From: a virus
Lineage: Duplodnaviria > Heunggongvirae > Uroviricota > Caudoviricetes
IMG/VR virus record: IMGVR_UViG_3300027721_000009
Span: 64,001-98,976 of that record
Length of the DNA: 34,976 nt
Reading direction: 5' to 3' (one strand)
In this document: positions 6,856-15,869 of the stretch, piece by piece
How positions within the stretch are numbered: position 1 is the stretch's first letter
Layout of the letters: every line of letters starts with the position of its first letter
The notes under the pieces: model-generated
Told to the model about the DNA's origin: nothing
Databases searched by the model: none
The model's input: only the letters and a program-made list of their open reading frames with translations
Program-made: the position numbers and the translations under genes

Positions 6856-7755
6856 ATGGCATTAGATTTCAAATCTCTCAAAAAGTCCTCTGGACTCACC
6901 GAAAAACTCACCAAGGCAATCGAAGACAAGAACAAGGGTTCTTTCGCCAAGGATGACGAGCGGTTCTGGCAACCCGAAGTAGACAAGGCAGGAAACGGTT
7001 ACGCAATCGTTCGCTTGCTCGACGCTCCCGCAGTGGACGGCGAAGATGGTCTTCCGTGGGTACAGGTGTTCAACCATGGCTTCCAAGGTGGAGCGGGTTG
7101 GTACATCGAAAACTGCCCAACGACTGTGGGTGGCAAGTGTCCTGCTTGCGAACACAATAACAAACTCTGGAACTCCGGTATCGAATCCAACAAGGATATC
7201 GTCCGTAAGCAGAAGCGTCGGCTCACCTACATTTCGAACATCCTTGTCGTAGCTGACAAGAATCGTCCGGAAAACGAAGGTAAGGTCTTCCTCTGGAAGT
7301 ACGGTAAGAAGATCTTCGACAAGATTCAGGAAAAGCTGACTCCTCAGTTCGAAGACGAAACGGCAGTGAATCCGTTCGACTTCTGGAAGGGTGCTGACCT
7401 CAAGATCAAGATCCGCAACGTGGAAGGCTATCGTAACTACGATAAGTCCGAATTCGCTGACGCGGCTCCGGTCTACGAAGAGGACAAGAAGATCGAAGCA
7501 CTCTGGAAGAGCGCACACTCCCTCAAGCAGTTCGTTGCTCCGAAGGAATTCAAGACCTACGATGAACTGAGCGAGAAGCTCAATCGTGCCTTGGGTGCCG
7601 GTGGTGCGGTCGCGGCTCGCGCAGCCAAGATCGAAGACGACTCTGCACCGTGGCAGGAGCCGAAGGCAGCAGAGGCTCGCGCTCCACGCGCAACAGCCGA
7701 AGCGGTCAGTGTCGATGACGACATGGATTACTTCAACAAGCTCGCGCAAGAGTAA
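6856..7755 (+). CDS. gp32: Single-stranded DNA-binding protein gp32
   Basis: DDERFWQPEVDKAGNGYAIVRLL, HGFQG..GWYIENCPTT..KCPACE, KYGKKIFDKI, PFDFWKGAD, acidic tail DDDMDYFNKLAQE. Confidence 0.97.
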   Translation: MALDFKSLKKSSGLTEKLTKAIEDKNKGSFAKDDERFWQPEVDKAGNGYAIVRLLDAPAVDGEDGLPWVQVFNHGFQGGAGWYIENCPTTVGGKCPACEHNNKLWNSGIESNKDIVRKQKRRLTYISNILVVADKNRPENEGKVFLWKYGKKIFDKIQEKLTPQFEDETAVNPFDFWKGADLKIKIRNVEGYRNYDKSEFADAAPVYEEDKKIEALWKSAHSLKQFVAPKEFKTYDELSEKLNRALGAGGAVAARAAKIEDDSAPWQEPKAAEARAPRATAEAVSVDDDMDYFNKLAQE

Positions 7756-7784
7756 GTCCTAACCTGCGAAAGCGGGAACATGGC

Positions 7785-7812
7785 AGGGGAGGCAGGGATG
7801 CCTCCCCTTTTT
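7785..7812 (+). terminator. Rho-independent terminator after gene 32
   Basis: aggggaggca-GGGA-tgcctcccct followed by tttt. Confidence 0.9.
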
Positions 7813-7821
7813 ATTTGCGTC

Positions 7822-7828
7822 CTAAATA
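7822..7828 (+). promoter_or_regulatory. Putative late promoter CTAAATA directly upstream of gene 4
   Basis: Lies between the terminator and the ATG at 7834; the same heptamer recurs upstream of other late genes. Confidence 0.7.
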
Positions 7829-7833
7829 AGTGC

Positions 7834-8256
7834 ATGGCATACTCTGGACGCTTTACACCGCAGAACCCGCAGAAGTACCTCGGCAATCCGACAGGCATCA
7901 TCTACCGCAGCCTGTGGGAGCGTCGAGTCATGGTCTATTGTGACACCACTCCGGAAGTCCTAGAATGGTCTTCGGAAGAGATTGTGATTCCCTACGTGTC
8001 GCCTCTGGACAATCGGGTTCATAGGTACTTCCCCGACTTCTTCGTAAGAACTAAGACGGGCGCGACTATCATGGAAGTGAAGCCGCACGCCCAATCCGTA
8101 CAGCCCAAACCGGGAGCCAAGCGCACCCGCCGCTATCTACGGGAAGTCATGACGTTCGGGGTGAATGAAGCCAAGTGGAAAGCAGCCACGGAATACTGCC
8201 TAGATAGGGGATGGAAGTTCAAAGTCATCACCGAGAAGGACTTGGGGATTAAGTAA
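7834..8256 (+). CDS. gp4: Head completion nuclease gp4 (TnsA-like)
   Basis: MAYSGRFTPQNPQKYLGNPTGIIYRSLWERRVM, WSSEEIVIPY.SP.DNRVHRYFPDF, EVKP, NEAKWKAA. Confidence 0.95.
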   Translation: MAYSGRFTPQNPQKYLGNPTGIIYRSLWERRVMVYCDTTPEVLEWSSEEIVIPYVSPLDNRVHRYFPDFFVRTKTGATIMEVKPHAQSVQPKPGAKRTRRYLREVMTFGVNEAKWKAATEYCLDRGWKFKVITEKDLGIK

Positions 8257-8804
8257 TGGCAGCATCAGTATGGGAACGCCTGCGTCAGCAGATGAAGACA
8301 GCCGGAATCGCTCCTCGGACGGTAGCGGCGCGTCAGTGGTATGGAGCGGTCATCAATCGCGTCAAGATTCCCACTAATCGGTCTAATATTCTTAATGATC
8401 CCCGAAAAGCGACAGCACACGCTTTGATCGGACGGATGTACTGCTATCACTATATTCCCAAATATGAAGACACATTACCAGTATGGGATCAGTTTCCCCT
8501 TGTTTTGCCTATGGAAATTTACCCTGATGGATTCCTCGGATTGAATTTGCACTATTTGGACCCCTTCAACCGGCTCGCCCTGTTGGAACTCCTGCACGAT
8601 TTCATCACTAACACTAAATACAACGATTCGACTCGCTTTAAGTTGTCTTACAGTGTTCTCAATGGTATCAAGAAGTACGATATCATGCGACCTTGCATCA
8701 AGCGATACCTGTTGGAATACATGGAGTCGCCCATGATCTACGTCGAGCCGGATCAGTGGGAACTAGCTTGCCTGCTCCCATTCGAACGGTTCCACCACAA
8801 CTAA
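8256..8804 (+). CDS. gp2: DNA end protector protein gp2
   Basis: GRMYCYHYIPK...LPVWDQFPLV, FLGLNLHYL, RPCIKRYL, LLPFERF. Confidence 0.92.
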   Translation: MAASVWERLRQQMKTAGIAPRTVAARQWYGAVINRVKIPTNRSNILNDPRKATAHALIGRMYCYHYIPKYEDTLPVWDQFPLVLPMEIYPDGFLGLNLHYLDPFNRLALLELLHDFITNTKYNDSTRFKLSYSVLNGIKKYDIMRPCIKRYLLEYMESPMIYVEPDQWELACLLPFERFHHN

Positions 8805-8813
8805 GGTACGCCC

Positions 8814-9551
8814 ATGTTTCCAGATGCATTCCTCGCCCATCACGCCCTCCACTTCGACTTTTCCAAGGCGGCAAAGTTTGGAGTTCTAATCTTTCAGCCA
8901 TCGGGGTTGATCGCAGGCGGTCTATTGGGTGGTCTGATCGGACAGACCGCAGCCACCCGCTTCGCAATGAAACCACTCAATACGGCAGGCTTGGCATTCC
9001 AGTGCGAACAGGCTTCTCTTCCCGGCTACAGCCTCAACACGGTAGACCAGAAAATCTATGGTGCGCCGTGGAGTATCGCAGCCCAATCCGGAGACTATCC
9101 TCCACTGGAACTGACGTTCATCAGCGCAGGCGACCTATGGGAGCGCAAGTTCTTTGAGGACTGGATGGAGTTCATTGTACCAAAGGGTACAAAGCGTTCT
9201 GCGATTGATTCGTTTGTGGGCAACTTCACTGAGCAATTGGTCAATGCTAGTGGCACCCGCCGCGCAGCAGGCTCGGCAACCTACCGCAACGAGTACATTT
9301 CTACCATTCAGGTTATTCAGTTTCACGATACAGGGATCCCATCTGCTCGTTACACATTTGAAGAAGCCTATCCAGTCTCTATTGCTCCCACACCTCTCAG
9401 TTGGGGTGATGATAGCATCAATCGTGTTAACGTCACTTTCAAATACACGAATTGGGGTCGCGAATCTAATGTCGCCAGAACAATCTATGATCAATTTACT
9501 GCTCGCACAGGGGTAGTTATCGCGCCGGATCCTGCATTCGGTCCATTGTAA
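8814..9551 (+). CDS. Tail tube-like protein (gp19/gp54 family)
   Basis: FQCEQASLPG, ERKFFEDWMEFI, YRNEYISTIQVIQF, YTFEEAYPVSI...LSWG, VTFKY. Confidence 0.8.
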   Translation: MFPDAFLAHHALHFDFSKAAKFGVLIFQPSGLIAGGLLGGLIGQTAATRFAMKPLNTAGLAFQCEQASLPGYSLNTVDQKIYGAPWSIAAQSGDYPPLELTFISAGDLWERKFFEDWMEFIVPKGTKRSAIDSFVGNFTEQLVNASGTRRAAGSATYRNEYISTIQVIQFHDTGIPSARYTFEEAYPVSIAPTPLSWGDDSINRVNVTFKYTNWGRESNVARTIYDQFTARTGVVIAPDPAFGPL

Positions 9552-9566
9552 TATAAGGTGAAAAAT

Positions 9567-10292
9567 ATGGCATTGCCAAAGATTGAATACTCGGTTTATG
9601 AATTCTATGTCAAGAGCTTTGACCGCAAGCTGAAGTTCCGCCCATTTCTTGTCAAGGAAGAGAAAGTTCTCCTCATGGCAAAGGAATCGAAGGATCCAGA
9701 ATCCATCAAGCTCGCAATCAAGCAGATCATTCAGAACTGCGCATTGGAAGAGTTCGATGTGGAAACGATTCCAATGTTCGACGTTGAAATGATCTTCCTC
9801 AAGCTTCGCGCCAAGAGCGTAGGTGAGTCCGTCAAACTGGTCTTCAACTGCAAGAATGAGGTTGAAGAAGGTAAGCCATGTGACACTAATACGGATTATG
9901 TGTTGGATCTGGAAAAGGTTCAATACGAGAGTCTGGAAGGTCATGATCCAAAGATCATGATTACAGACAAGATCGGCATCAAGCTCAAGTATCCAACCCT
10001 CAAGTCTCTGGTGAATCTAGACTTTGAGGGCGACGAATTCACTACGTTCGTGGCAACCCTGCTTGCGAACATTGAGTACATCTTCGATGATGTGTCTGTG
10101 TACAAGCCAGACGACACCAGTAAGGAAGATGTATCCGAATTCCTGTTGAACCTCAAGCCGGAACACCTGATGCAAATTCGGGAGTTCTTTGAGTCTTCTC
10201 CCAAGGTCATTCTTGAAGACACTGTTACCTGTAAGAAGTGTGGATTTGTCCACAAACTGCATACGGAGAACCTACTCGATTTTTTTATTTGA
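9567..10292 (+). CDS. gp26: Baseplate hub assembly protein gp26
   Basis: MALPKI, KFRPFLVKEEKVLLMA, FDVEMIFLKLRAKSVGE, KLKYPT, C-terminal CKKC...LLDFFI. Confidence 0.92.
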   Translation: MALPKIEYSVYEFYVKSFDRKLKFRPFLVKEEKVLLMAKESKDPESIKLAIKQIIQNCALEEFDVETIPMFDVEMIFLKLRAKSVGESVKLVFNCKNEVEEGKPCDTNTDYVLDLEKVQYESLEGHDPKIMITDKIGIKLKYPTLKSLVNLDFEGDEFTTFVATLLANIEYIFDDVSVYKPDDTSKEDVSEFLLNLKPEHLMQIREFFESSPKVILEDTVTCKKCGFVHKLHTENLLDFFI

Positions 10293-10483
10293 CCTTTGGA
10301 CATGATAGCCTTGAGAATTTTCTGCGCACTATTTGGGCAATGGTGCAGCATCATAAGTGGGATTATGATGCGATTATGAATATGGTTGCGTGGGAACGAC
10401 AGGTTTTCACGATGATGACTATGGTTTACTTGAAGGAAGAGAACGAACGAATCAAACTGGAACAGCAGACTAGAAGACGCTAA
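10289..10483 (+). CDS. gp51: Baseplate hub assembly chaperone gp51 (start uncertain: TTG 10289, ATG 10340, or -1 frameshift fusion to gp26)
   Basis: HDSLENFLRTIWAMVQHHKWDYDAIMNMVAWERQVF..YLKEENER matches the gp51 pattern. Confidence 0.8.
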   Translation: MTFGHDSLENFLRTIWAMVQHHKWDYDAIMNMVAWERQVFTMMTMVYLKEENERIKLEQQTRRR

Positions 10484-12741
10484 TGACAACCAATGCAAAC
10501 CAAGTCCTATTACTGATTCAAAATCTGCCTGCCGAAGAGCAGAGCACTTTGATGAATGCCATGCGTATGTTGGAAGTCAACGCGCAGGATGAACAGTATT
10601 TCACCAACGTTACCAAGGCAATGCAGGCTGCGGGGTGGAACCCTGCCAAGCGTGCGACGGCGGGTGTCAAGGCTGCGTTGCGCAACAGGATGGAAACCAC
10701 GAAGGGTATCAATTCTCGTAAGACAGCAAGAATGATGCGTCTGTTCGGTATGCGCAAGTCGGCTGACTTCATGGACCGGTGGTTCACCAGTTCACCCAAG
10801 AAAAAGCTAAAGCCAATCAAGCTTCCAGCACAGACAAGATCCGGTGCTAGCAGTGGGTCATCCTCCACCGCAATGTCGAGCATCAAGACTCAGCTAAACG
10901 AGATTCAGATTCGGGTAATGGATATCGCTGACGATATCACCGATATCAAGACCCTACTCATGCCGAAGTTCTTCAATGCGAAGGGGCAGAAGGGAACCAA
11001 GGATGCCGGTAGTAATGAAGCGGGGATGTACAATCCACTCGCCCCTTCCGGAAGACAGTACAACAAGATTGATGATCGTACCGGAGAACTGCGCGGAGCC
11101 ACCGGAAAGAATTTCAAGAACTCGGCTGAAATGAGAGTTGCCCTTGAAACGGCTAAACTCGTTCTCAAGATCAAGCAAAAGGATGACGCTAAGGTAGAAC
11201 TCAAAAAGAAGTATGCATTCAAAGAAGAGTTGGAAACCTACGGCAAAGAGGATTCTGTAGAAGCACTGCGCGTCCATCTTGACGAACGCCTCGACAAGAT
11301 TGAGGGTATGTTTGAAAAGAGAGGTGGTCTGTTCGAAGCAATCACCAGTGCCATAGGATCGGTACTAACATCAATTACCGCGCTTCTGACACCGTTCCTC
11401 AACACAATCAAGAACATCTTCGGTGAGGTCATGAAGATCGGCAGATGGGCAATGCAGTTCGGCAGGCTTATCGGCAAGGGTCTGTATGGTCTTGTGCGCG
11501 GAATCTTCCACTCCGTCAGGCTGCTCAAGTATCTGATGAACCCTGTCGGTATGGCAGCAATGATGGCAGGAGCAGTCGTCACCGGTCTAGGCATGTTCTT
11601 TGATATGGGTATGAAGGCAGCAGCAAACAAGGCAATTGACGGTCTTGTGGGTGATGTAAGCAAGAAAATTGCAAAGGATCAGGCACAGTTTCCGGACCAC
11701 CCATACAGCGAAGACCAGAAGTACATGCAGTACAAGAAGGCTTTGGAATTGGGAGACAAGCAGGCGGCGGCTCGCGGACCTGAATATGTCTCTTATCAGA
11801 AGCAGCGTCTATTGACCAGTCCAAATCTGTCCGAAGAAGAACGAAAGTACGTCACGCGATACTACGAAGAGAAAGACGGCAACGTTGCCGGATTCCTTGA
11901 CCAGCTTGCGGCAGAAGATGGTCAGTACGAGGAATATGGTCACGGCTCATTCCCCATCGGTGAGTCTGGCGCACCTTCTGCACCGGCTGAAGGTGGAACC
12001 GGCGCACTTACGACCAACGTTCCGATTCCCGCAGGCATGTCCAAGAAACAGTGGGAAGTGTACCGCAATACCATTGGCTCCATTGAATCGGGTGGTGATT
12101 ACAAGGCTGTCGGCGGTTCGAATGATCATTACGATGGTAAGTATCAAATGGGTAAGGATGCAAAGACGGACGCGGCTAGAGTGTTAGGCATTCCAGATCC
12201 CGGTCATACGCCAGAAGCGCGGGAGGCGTTCCGCAACAATCCTGAACTACAGGAGAGAATGTTCGCGGCTTATACACAAGCCAATCACGGCTACATGCAG
12301 AACAATCCAAAATATCGCTCTATGACAAAGAATCAGCAGATTGAAACCTTGGGATATGCTCACAATCAGGGACATGGTGGAGCGAAGAATTGGCTCAACA
12401 CAGGTGAGGTTGGTGAGGATGGATTCCATACGAAAGGAACCAAATACTCCGAGGCTCTAGCCAAGAACCTCAAGAGTGTTCCGGATGAAGAGGTCTTGAT
12501 GGCTCAGAACCTAAGTCCTGCTACCACCATTCCCGGCGATAGCTTCGACAAGGAAGCCAGACAACATCAGTCCGGTGGTAAGGGTGATCAGGGTGTGACT
12601 GTGGTTAACGCACCAACCGTGAACAACGTCAACAATAACACCGTGGGTAAGCGTCCTGCTCCAAAGGCTGATGTTCTGGCTCAAGACAAGTCTCTGGTTC
12701 GCACAATCGGTCAAGATGCACAACATCCAGTGTACGCCTAA
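10483..12741 (+). CDS. Tape measure/baseplate hub protein (gp29-like) with lysozyme-like domain
   Basis: Helical, with a hydrophobic Gly/Ala-rich middle; TIGSIESGGDY..GKYQMG..AHNQG muramidase-like motifs; C-terminal VTVVNAPTVNNVNN; lies between gp51 and gp48. Confidence 0.75.
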   Translation: MTTNANQVLLLIQNLPAEEQSTLMNAMRMLEVNAQDEQYFTNVTKAMQAAGWNPAKRATAGVKAALRNRMETTKGINSRKTARMMRLFGMRKSADFMDRWFTSSPKKKLKPIKLPAQTRSGASSGSSSTAMSSIKTQLNEIQIRVMDIADDITDIKTLLMPKFFNAKGQKGTKDAGSNEAGMYNPLAPSGRQYNKIDDRTGELRGATGKNFKNSAEMRVALETAKLVLKIKQKDDAKVELKKKYAFKEELETYGKEDSVEALRVHLDERLDKIEGMFEKRGGLFEAITSAIGSVLTSITALLTPFLNTIKNIFGEVMKIGRWAMQFGRLIGKGLYGLVRGIFHSVRLLKYLMNPVGMAAMMAGAVVTGLGMFFDMGMKAAANKAIDGLVGDVSKKIAKDQAQFPDHPYSEDQKYMQYKKALELGDKQAAARGPEYVSYQKQRLLTSPNLSEEERKYVTRYYEEKDGNVAGFLDQLAAEDGQYEEYGHGSFPIGESGAPSAPAEGGTGALTTNVPIPAGMSKKQWEVYRNTIGSIESGGDYKAVGGSNDHYDGKYQMGKDAKTDAARVLGIPDPGHTPEAREAFRNNPELQERMFAAYTQANHGYMQNNPKYRSMTKNQQIETLGYAHNQGHGGAKNWLNTGEVGEDGFHTKGTKYSEALAKNLKSVPDEEVLMAQNLSPATTIPGDSFDKEARQHQSGGKGDQGVTVVNAPTVNNVNNNTVGKRPAPKADVLAQDKSLVRTIGQDAQHPVYA

Positions 12742-12768
12742 ATAATCAACCAACTAACGAGAACTAGA

Positions 12769-13902
12769 ATGAGCTTTATCGACAACGTAAAAAAGACCGT
12801 AGGACAGGTTGGTGATGTTATCAAGGAAACCTATGGTCCGCTCTCACCATTGGATAGTGGTCCCAATACCAATACCATTTGGCGTTACCCTCTTGATGTA
12901 GGTAACAGTCAGAGGTACCCACACACCGTCGAATTTCAGACATGGATTCCCGACCAGATTTCGATTGCAGACCTAGGCATCGGCAACAGTGGAGCAACCG
13001 TAGGTGGAGTCTTCGGAAGTGCTTTGGATTTGGGTAAGAGCGTAGCCAAGAAATTACCCGGTGGATTGGGTGAATCATTCACTGATTCTAGCGGATTGGA
13101 AGAAATCAATGTCACCGCAAGACGCATGGTGGATCCAACTGAACCACAGATGAAGGTCAATCAGAATCAGATGTACAACGACCGAGCATCCGACTGGACG
13201 CGCCGCGCTACCCCATCTGACCTGATCGCGATGTACATGCCTGCCGGTGGGTGGATGGATCGTATATCCAACCAGTACGCACAACAGTCCATGACCTCGG
13301 CTATGGGTACGGCAGGATTTGTTCTGGAAGCCGGAAGTGGTCTTCTGGATGCCTATCGTGATAGTGGCGGCAAGATCCCTTGGGGTAAAGCCATGGACAT
13401 GATCAAGGGTCCAGAAGGCATGGAAATCATCGGCAAAATGTCTTCTATGGCAGGAATGGATGCCGGTATCATGACGGATGCCGGATTGAATGCCTTGGGA
13501 TATGCGCTCAATCCTCAGTTCGAAATGCTATACTCTGGCACGGATCTGCGTGAGTTCCAATTCGAATTCACCATGACCCCTCGTTCGCAGAAGGAAGCCG
13601 AAACGATTCGCATGATCATCAAGAAGTTCAAGTACCATGCATCCCCGGCATATGTCTCGGGTCAGGGTCGCTACATCGTTCCACCTTCCTACTTCGACAT
13701 TACGTTCAACTTCAACGGCGCACGTTCCAGATGGTTGCCTCAGATTTCGACCTGTGTGTTGAAGTCCTTTGACGTTGATTACACCGGAGGATTGGATCAG
13801 TGGTCTACGCACGCGGACGGTTCGCCAATTCAAGTCAAGATGGTCATGGTATTCGCAGAACTGGAAATGATGCACAAGACGCTCCGTAGAAAGGGTTACT
13901 AA
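12769..13902 (+). CDS. gp48: Baseplate tail tube cap gp48
   Basis: RYPLD, IAMYMP, ALNPQFEMLYSGTDLREFQFEFTMTPRSQKEA..I..IIKKFKYH, PSYFDI, CVLKSFDVDYT, ELE. Confidence 0.88.
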   Translation: MSFIDNVKKTVGQVGDVIKETYGPLSPLDSGPNTNTIWRYPLDVGNSQRYPHTVEFQTWIPDQISIADLGIGNSGATVGGVFGSALDLGKSVAKKLPGGLGESFTDSSGLEEINVTARRMVDPTEPQMKVNQNQMYNDRASDWTRRATPSDLIAMYMPAGGWMDRISNQYAQQSMTSAMGTAGFVLEAGSGLLDAYRDSGGKIPWGKAMDMIKGPEGMEIIGKMSSMAGMDAGIMTDAGLNALGYALNPQFEMLYSGTDLREFQFEFTMTPRSQKEAETIRMIIKKFKYHASPAYVSGQGRYIVPPSYFDITFNFNGARSRWLPQISTCVLKSFDVDYTGGLDQWSTHADGSPIQVKMVMVFAELEMMHKTLRRKGY

Positions 13903-13903
13903 G

Positions 13904-14593
13904 ATGAGTTACTTTCAACAGATCCCTCGGGTAGTCTACCCCTCACTCACGGATGCCGTGGGAGAGAATACGGCAGTCATCCTCACTAATATCTTGACAC
14001 GCTCTGCTTTCTTGCAGGAGGTTGTCGGAAACATATCCCTTTTCTACGATTATCAAGTCAAGGATGGGGAAACGGCTGAAATCATTGCCGACAAGCTTTA
14101 CGGGGATGTGAACCGCGCATGGATCGTTCTTCTGTTCAACCAGATCAACAATGCGTTCTATGAGTTCCCATTGGTCACAGAACAACTCCACAACTTCATT
14201 GAATCCAAGTATGGACAAACCATTGCACAGTCTCAGATCACGGTACATCACTATGAGACTAAGGTAACTCGCACGGTTCTATACAACGGGGTAGTGCAGT
14301 CTCTCAGTGAAGAGATTTTCACCATCAGTGAACAGCAACAGAATGATGACTCCGGAATGGCAGAGACTCGCCCAAATCTCCCAACCCTAGGCACCGATAT
14401 CGACGGCGACTCTTTCACAGAAAGCTTCGGATCTGGCATCACGGTCACGACAAAGTATGTGTATCATGCTGTCTCTAACTACGATTATGAGCTACTAGAG
14501 AACGAGAAGCGTCGTTCTATCAAGCTACTGGATGCCGCATTCGTGGGTAATGTTGAGAGTGAATTGAGGAAGTTGATGCGCGATGGAAACTGA
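13904..14593 (+). CDS. gp53: Baseplate wedge protein gp53
   Basis: MSYFQQIPRVVY, YDYQVKDGETAEIIADKLYGD...WIVLLFN, VHHYET, SNYDYELLENEKRRSIKLL. Confidence 0.92.
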   Translation: MSYFQQIPRVVYPSLTDAVGENTAVILTNILTRSAFLQEVVGNISLFYDYQVKDGETAEIIADKLYGDVNRAWIVLLFNQINNAFYEFPLVTEQLHNFIESKYGQTIAQSQITVHHYETKVTRTVLYNGVVQSLSEEIFTISEQQQNDDSGMAETRPNLPTLGTDIDGDSFTESFGSGITVTTKYVYHAVSNYDYELLENEKRRSIKLLDAAFVGNVESELRKLMRDGN

Positions 14594-15869
14594 ACTAGAA
14601 GAAATTGTCGTCACTGCTAAACCGCTACCTACAGACGCACATGTAGATACACGCGATTTTCGCGTGCATTCTGTTGCTCTCGTTGCAGCCAATGCCGACG
14701 CTTATGAAATCGGTGGCATGGTTTCCGAAATTCAACTTCGGCAGGACATGTACCTAGGCATTATGAGTGGTGAAATACTCGTAACAGACGGTCGCGACAT
14801 GATCGCAAAGACCGGAGCGCATGGCGGCGAATACCTTTATTTGCACCTAGAAGTTCCGGAACAGAACATCTTCATCAAGAAAGCATTCCGCATCTACAAG
14901 ATCGGAAACCGTTCACCGGCAGATTCAACACAGCATTACGTGATCTACTTCATGTCAGACGAGTTGTTCAACTCTCATACGATCAAGATCAATAAGGCAT
15001 ATCAGAACACGACCATATCCGAGATTGCTCGCGATATCATGGTCAACTATCTGAAAATTCCAGCCAAGAGGACGTTTATTGATCCCACCTCTGAGCCAAT
15101 CTCACTGATCATTCCGAATTGGCGACCAATTGAAGCACTGAATTGGTTGGCTTCCAGAGCATACACCGAGTCGGATACGTGCTACATGTTCTATGAGAAT
15201 TTCTACGGATTCCACTTCCGTTCTATTCAGAGCATCTACCGCTCACCAACTCTTATCAAGGTTCCGTTCAGCTTGGAAAATAAGCGCGGTATGAAGCAGT
15301 TGGACATGGACAAGTTTGCCATTGATGAATATCAAGCCGTGCGGGACTTTGACATTCTATCCACAGTTAGTTCTGGTGGATATGCTATGTCGTTGTTGGG
15401 TGTGGATCCTATCAATCAGTCGATGACGAAGAACACGTACAATCCTAACCAGATCAAAAAGCTCTACCCAAATGCTCCAATGAGCGATGGTGGAGAGCTA
15501 TTCAAGAAATACAGCACTCATGCGCTCACCTATCTACAAGCAGACGGTATTGAAAATTGGATCAAGCGTATCATGAGTCTTGCTCTTCTCAACAGTTCCG
15601 TTTATGAAGTAACTGTTCCCGGTAACATGGGATTGAATGTCGGAACCATGGTCAACCTACGTATTCCATACACCGTGACACCGGCTGAAGGTGACATGTG
15701 GGATAAGAACAAGGGTGGTAAATTCATGGTTGCCGCAACCAATCACAAATTTGATCTAGTCAACCATAAGTACAGTTCCCTCATGATGGTGGCTAGGGAT
15801 TCCCTACCGGAATCCGTTCCCGCCTATGATAAGACTCTACCTGACAAAATTGCGAAGATGAACACATGA
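14583..15869 (+). CDS. Probable baseplate hub protein (gp27-like)
   Basis: 428 aa between gp53 and gp5; SGEILVTD, IIPNWRPIEALNWLA, FYENFYGFHFRSI, VTVPGNMGLNVG, KFMVAATNHKF. Confidence 0.7.
   Translation: METELEEIVVTAKPLPTDAHVDTRDFRVHSVALVAANADAYEIGGMVSEIQLRQDMYLGIMSGEILVTDGRDMIAKTGAHGGEYLYLHLEVPEQNIFIKKAFRIYKIGNRSPADSTQHYVIYFMSDELFNSHTIKINKAYQNTTISEIARDIMVNYLKIPAKRTFIDPTSEPISLIIPNWRPIEALNWLASRAYTESDTCYMFYENFYGFHFRSIQSIYRSPTLIKVPFSLENKRGMKQLDMDKFAIDEYQAVRDFDILSTVSSGGYAMSLLGVDPINQSMTKNTYNPNQIKKLYPNAPMSDGGELFKKYSTHALTYLQADGIENWIKRIMSLALLNSSVYEVTVPGNMGLNVGTMVNLRIPYTVTPAEGDMWDKNKGGKFMVAATNHKFDLVNHKYSSLMMVARDSLPESVPAYDKTLPDKIAKMNT

Noticed and set aside
6862-7749. Long minus-strand ORFs (also 9135-9944, 26124-26969, 31645-32670, 2549-3223)
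   Set aside because: Antisense shadows of well-supported + strand genes; no recognisable motifs or RBS
7780-7833. N-terminal extension of gp4
   Set aside because: Runs through the gene 32 terminator; homology begins at MAYSG (7834)
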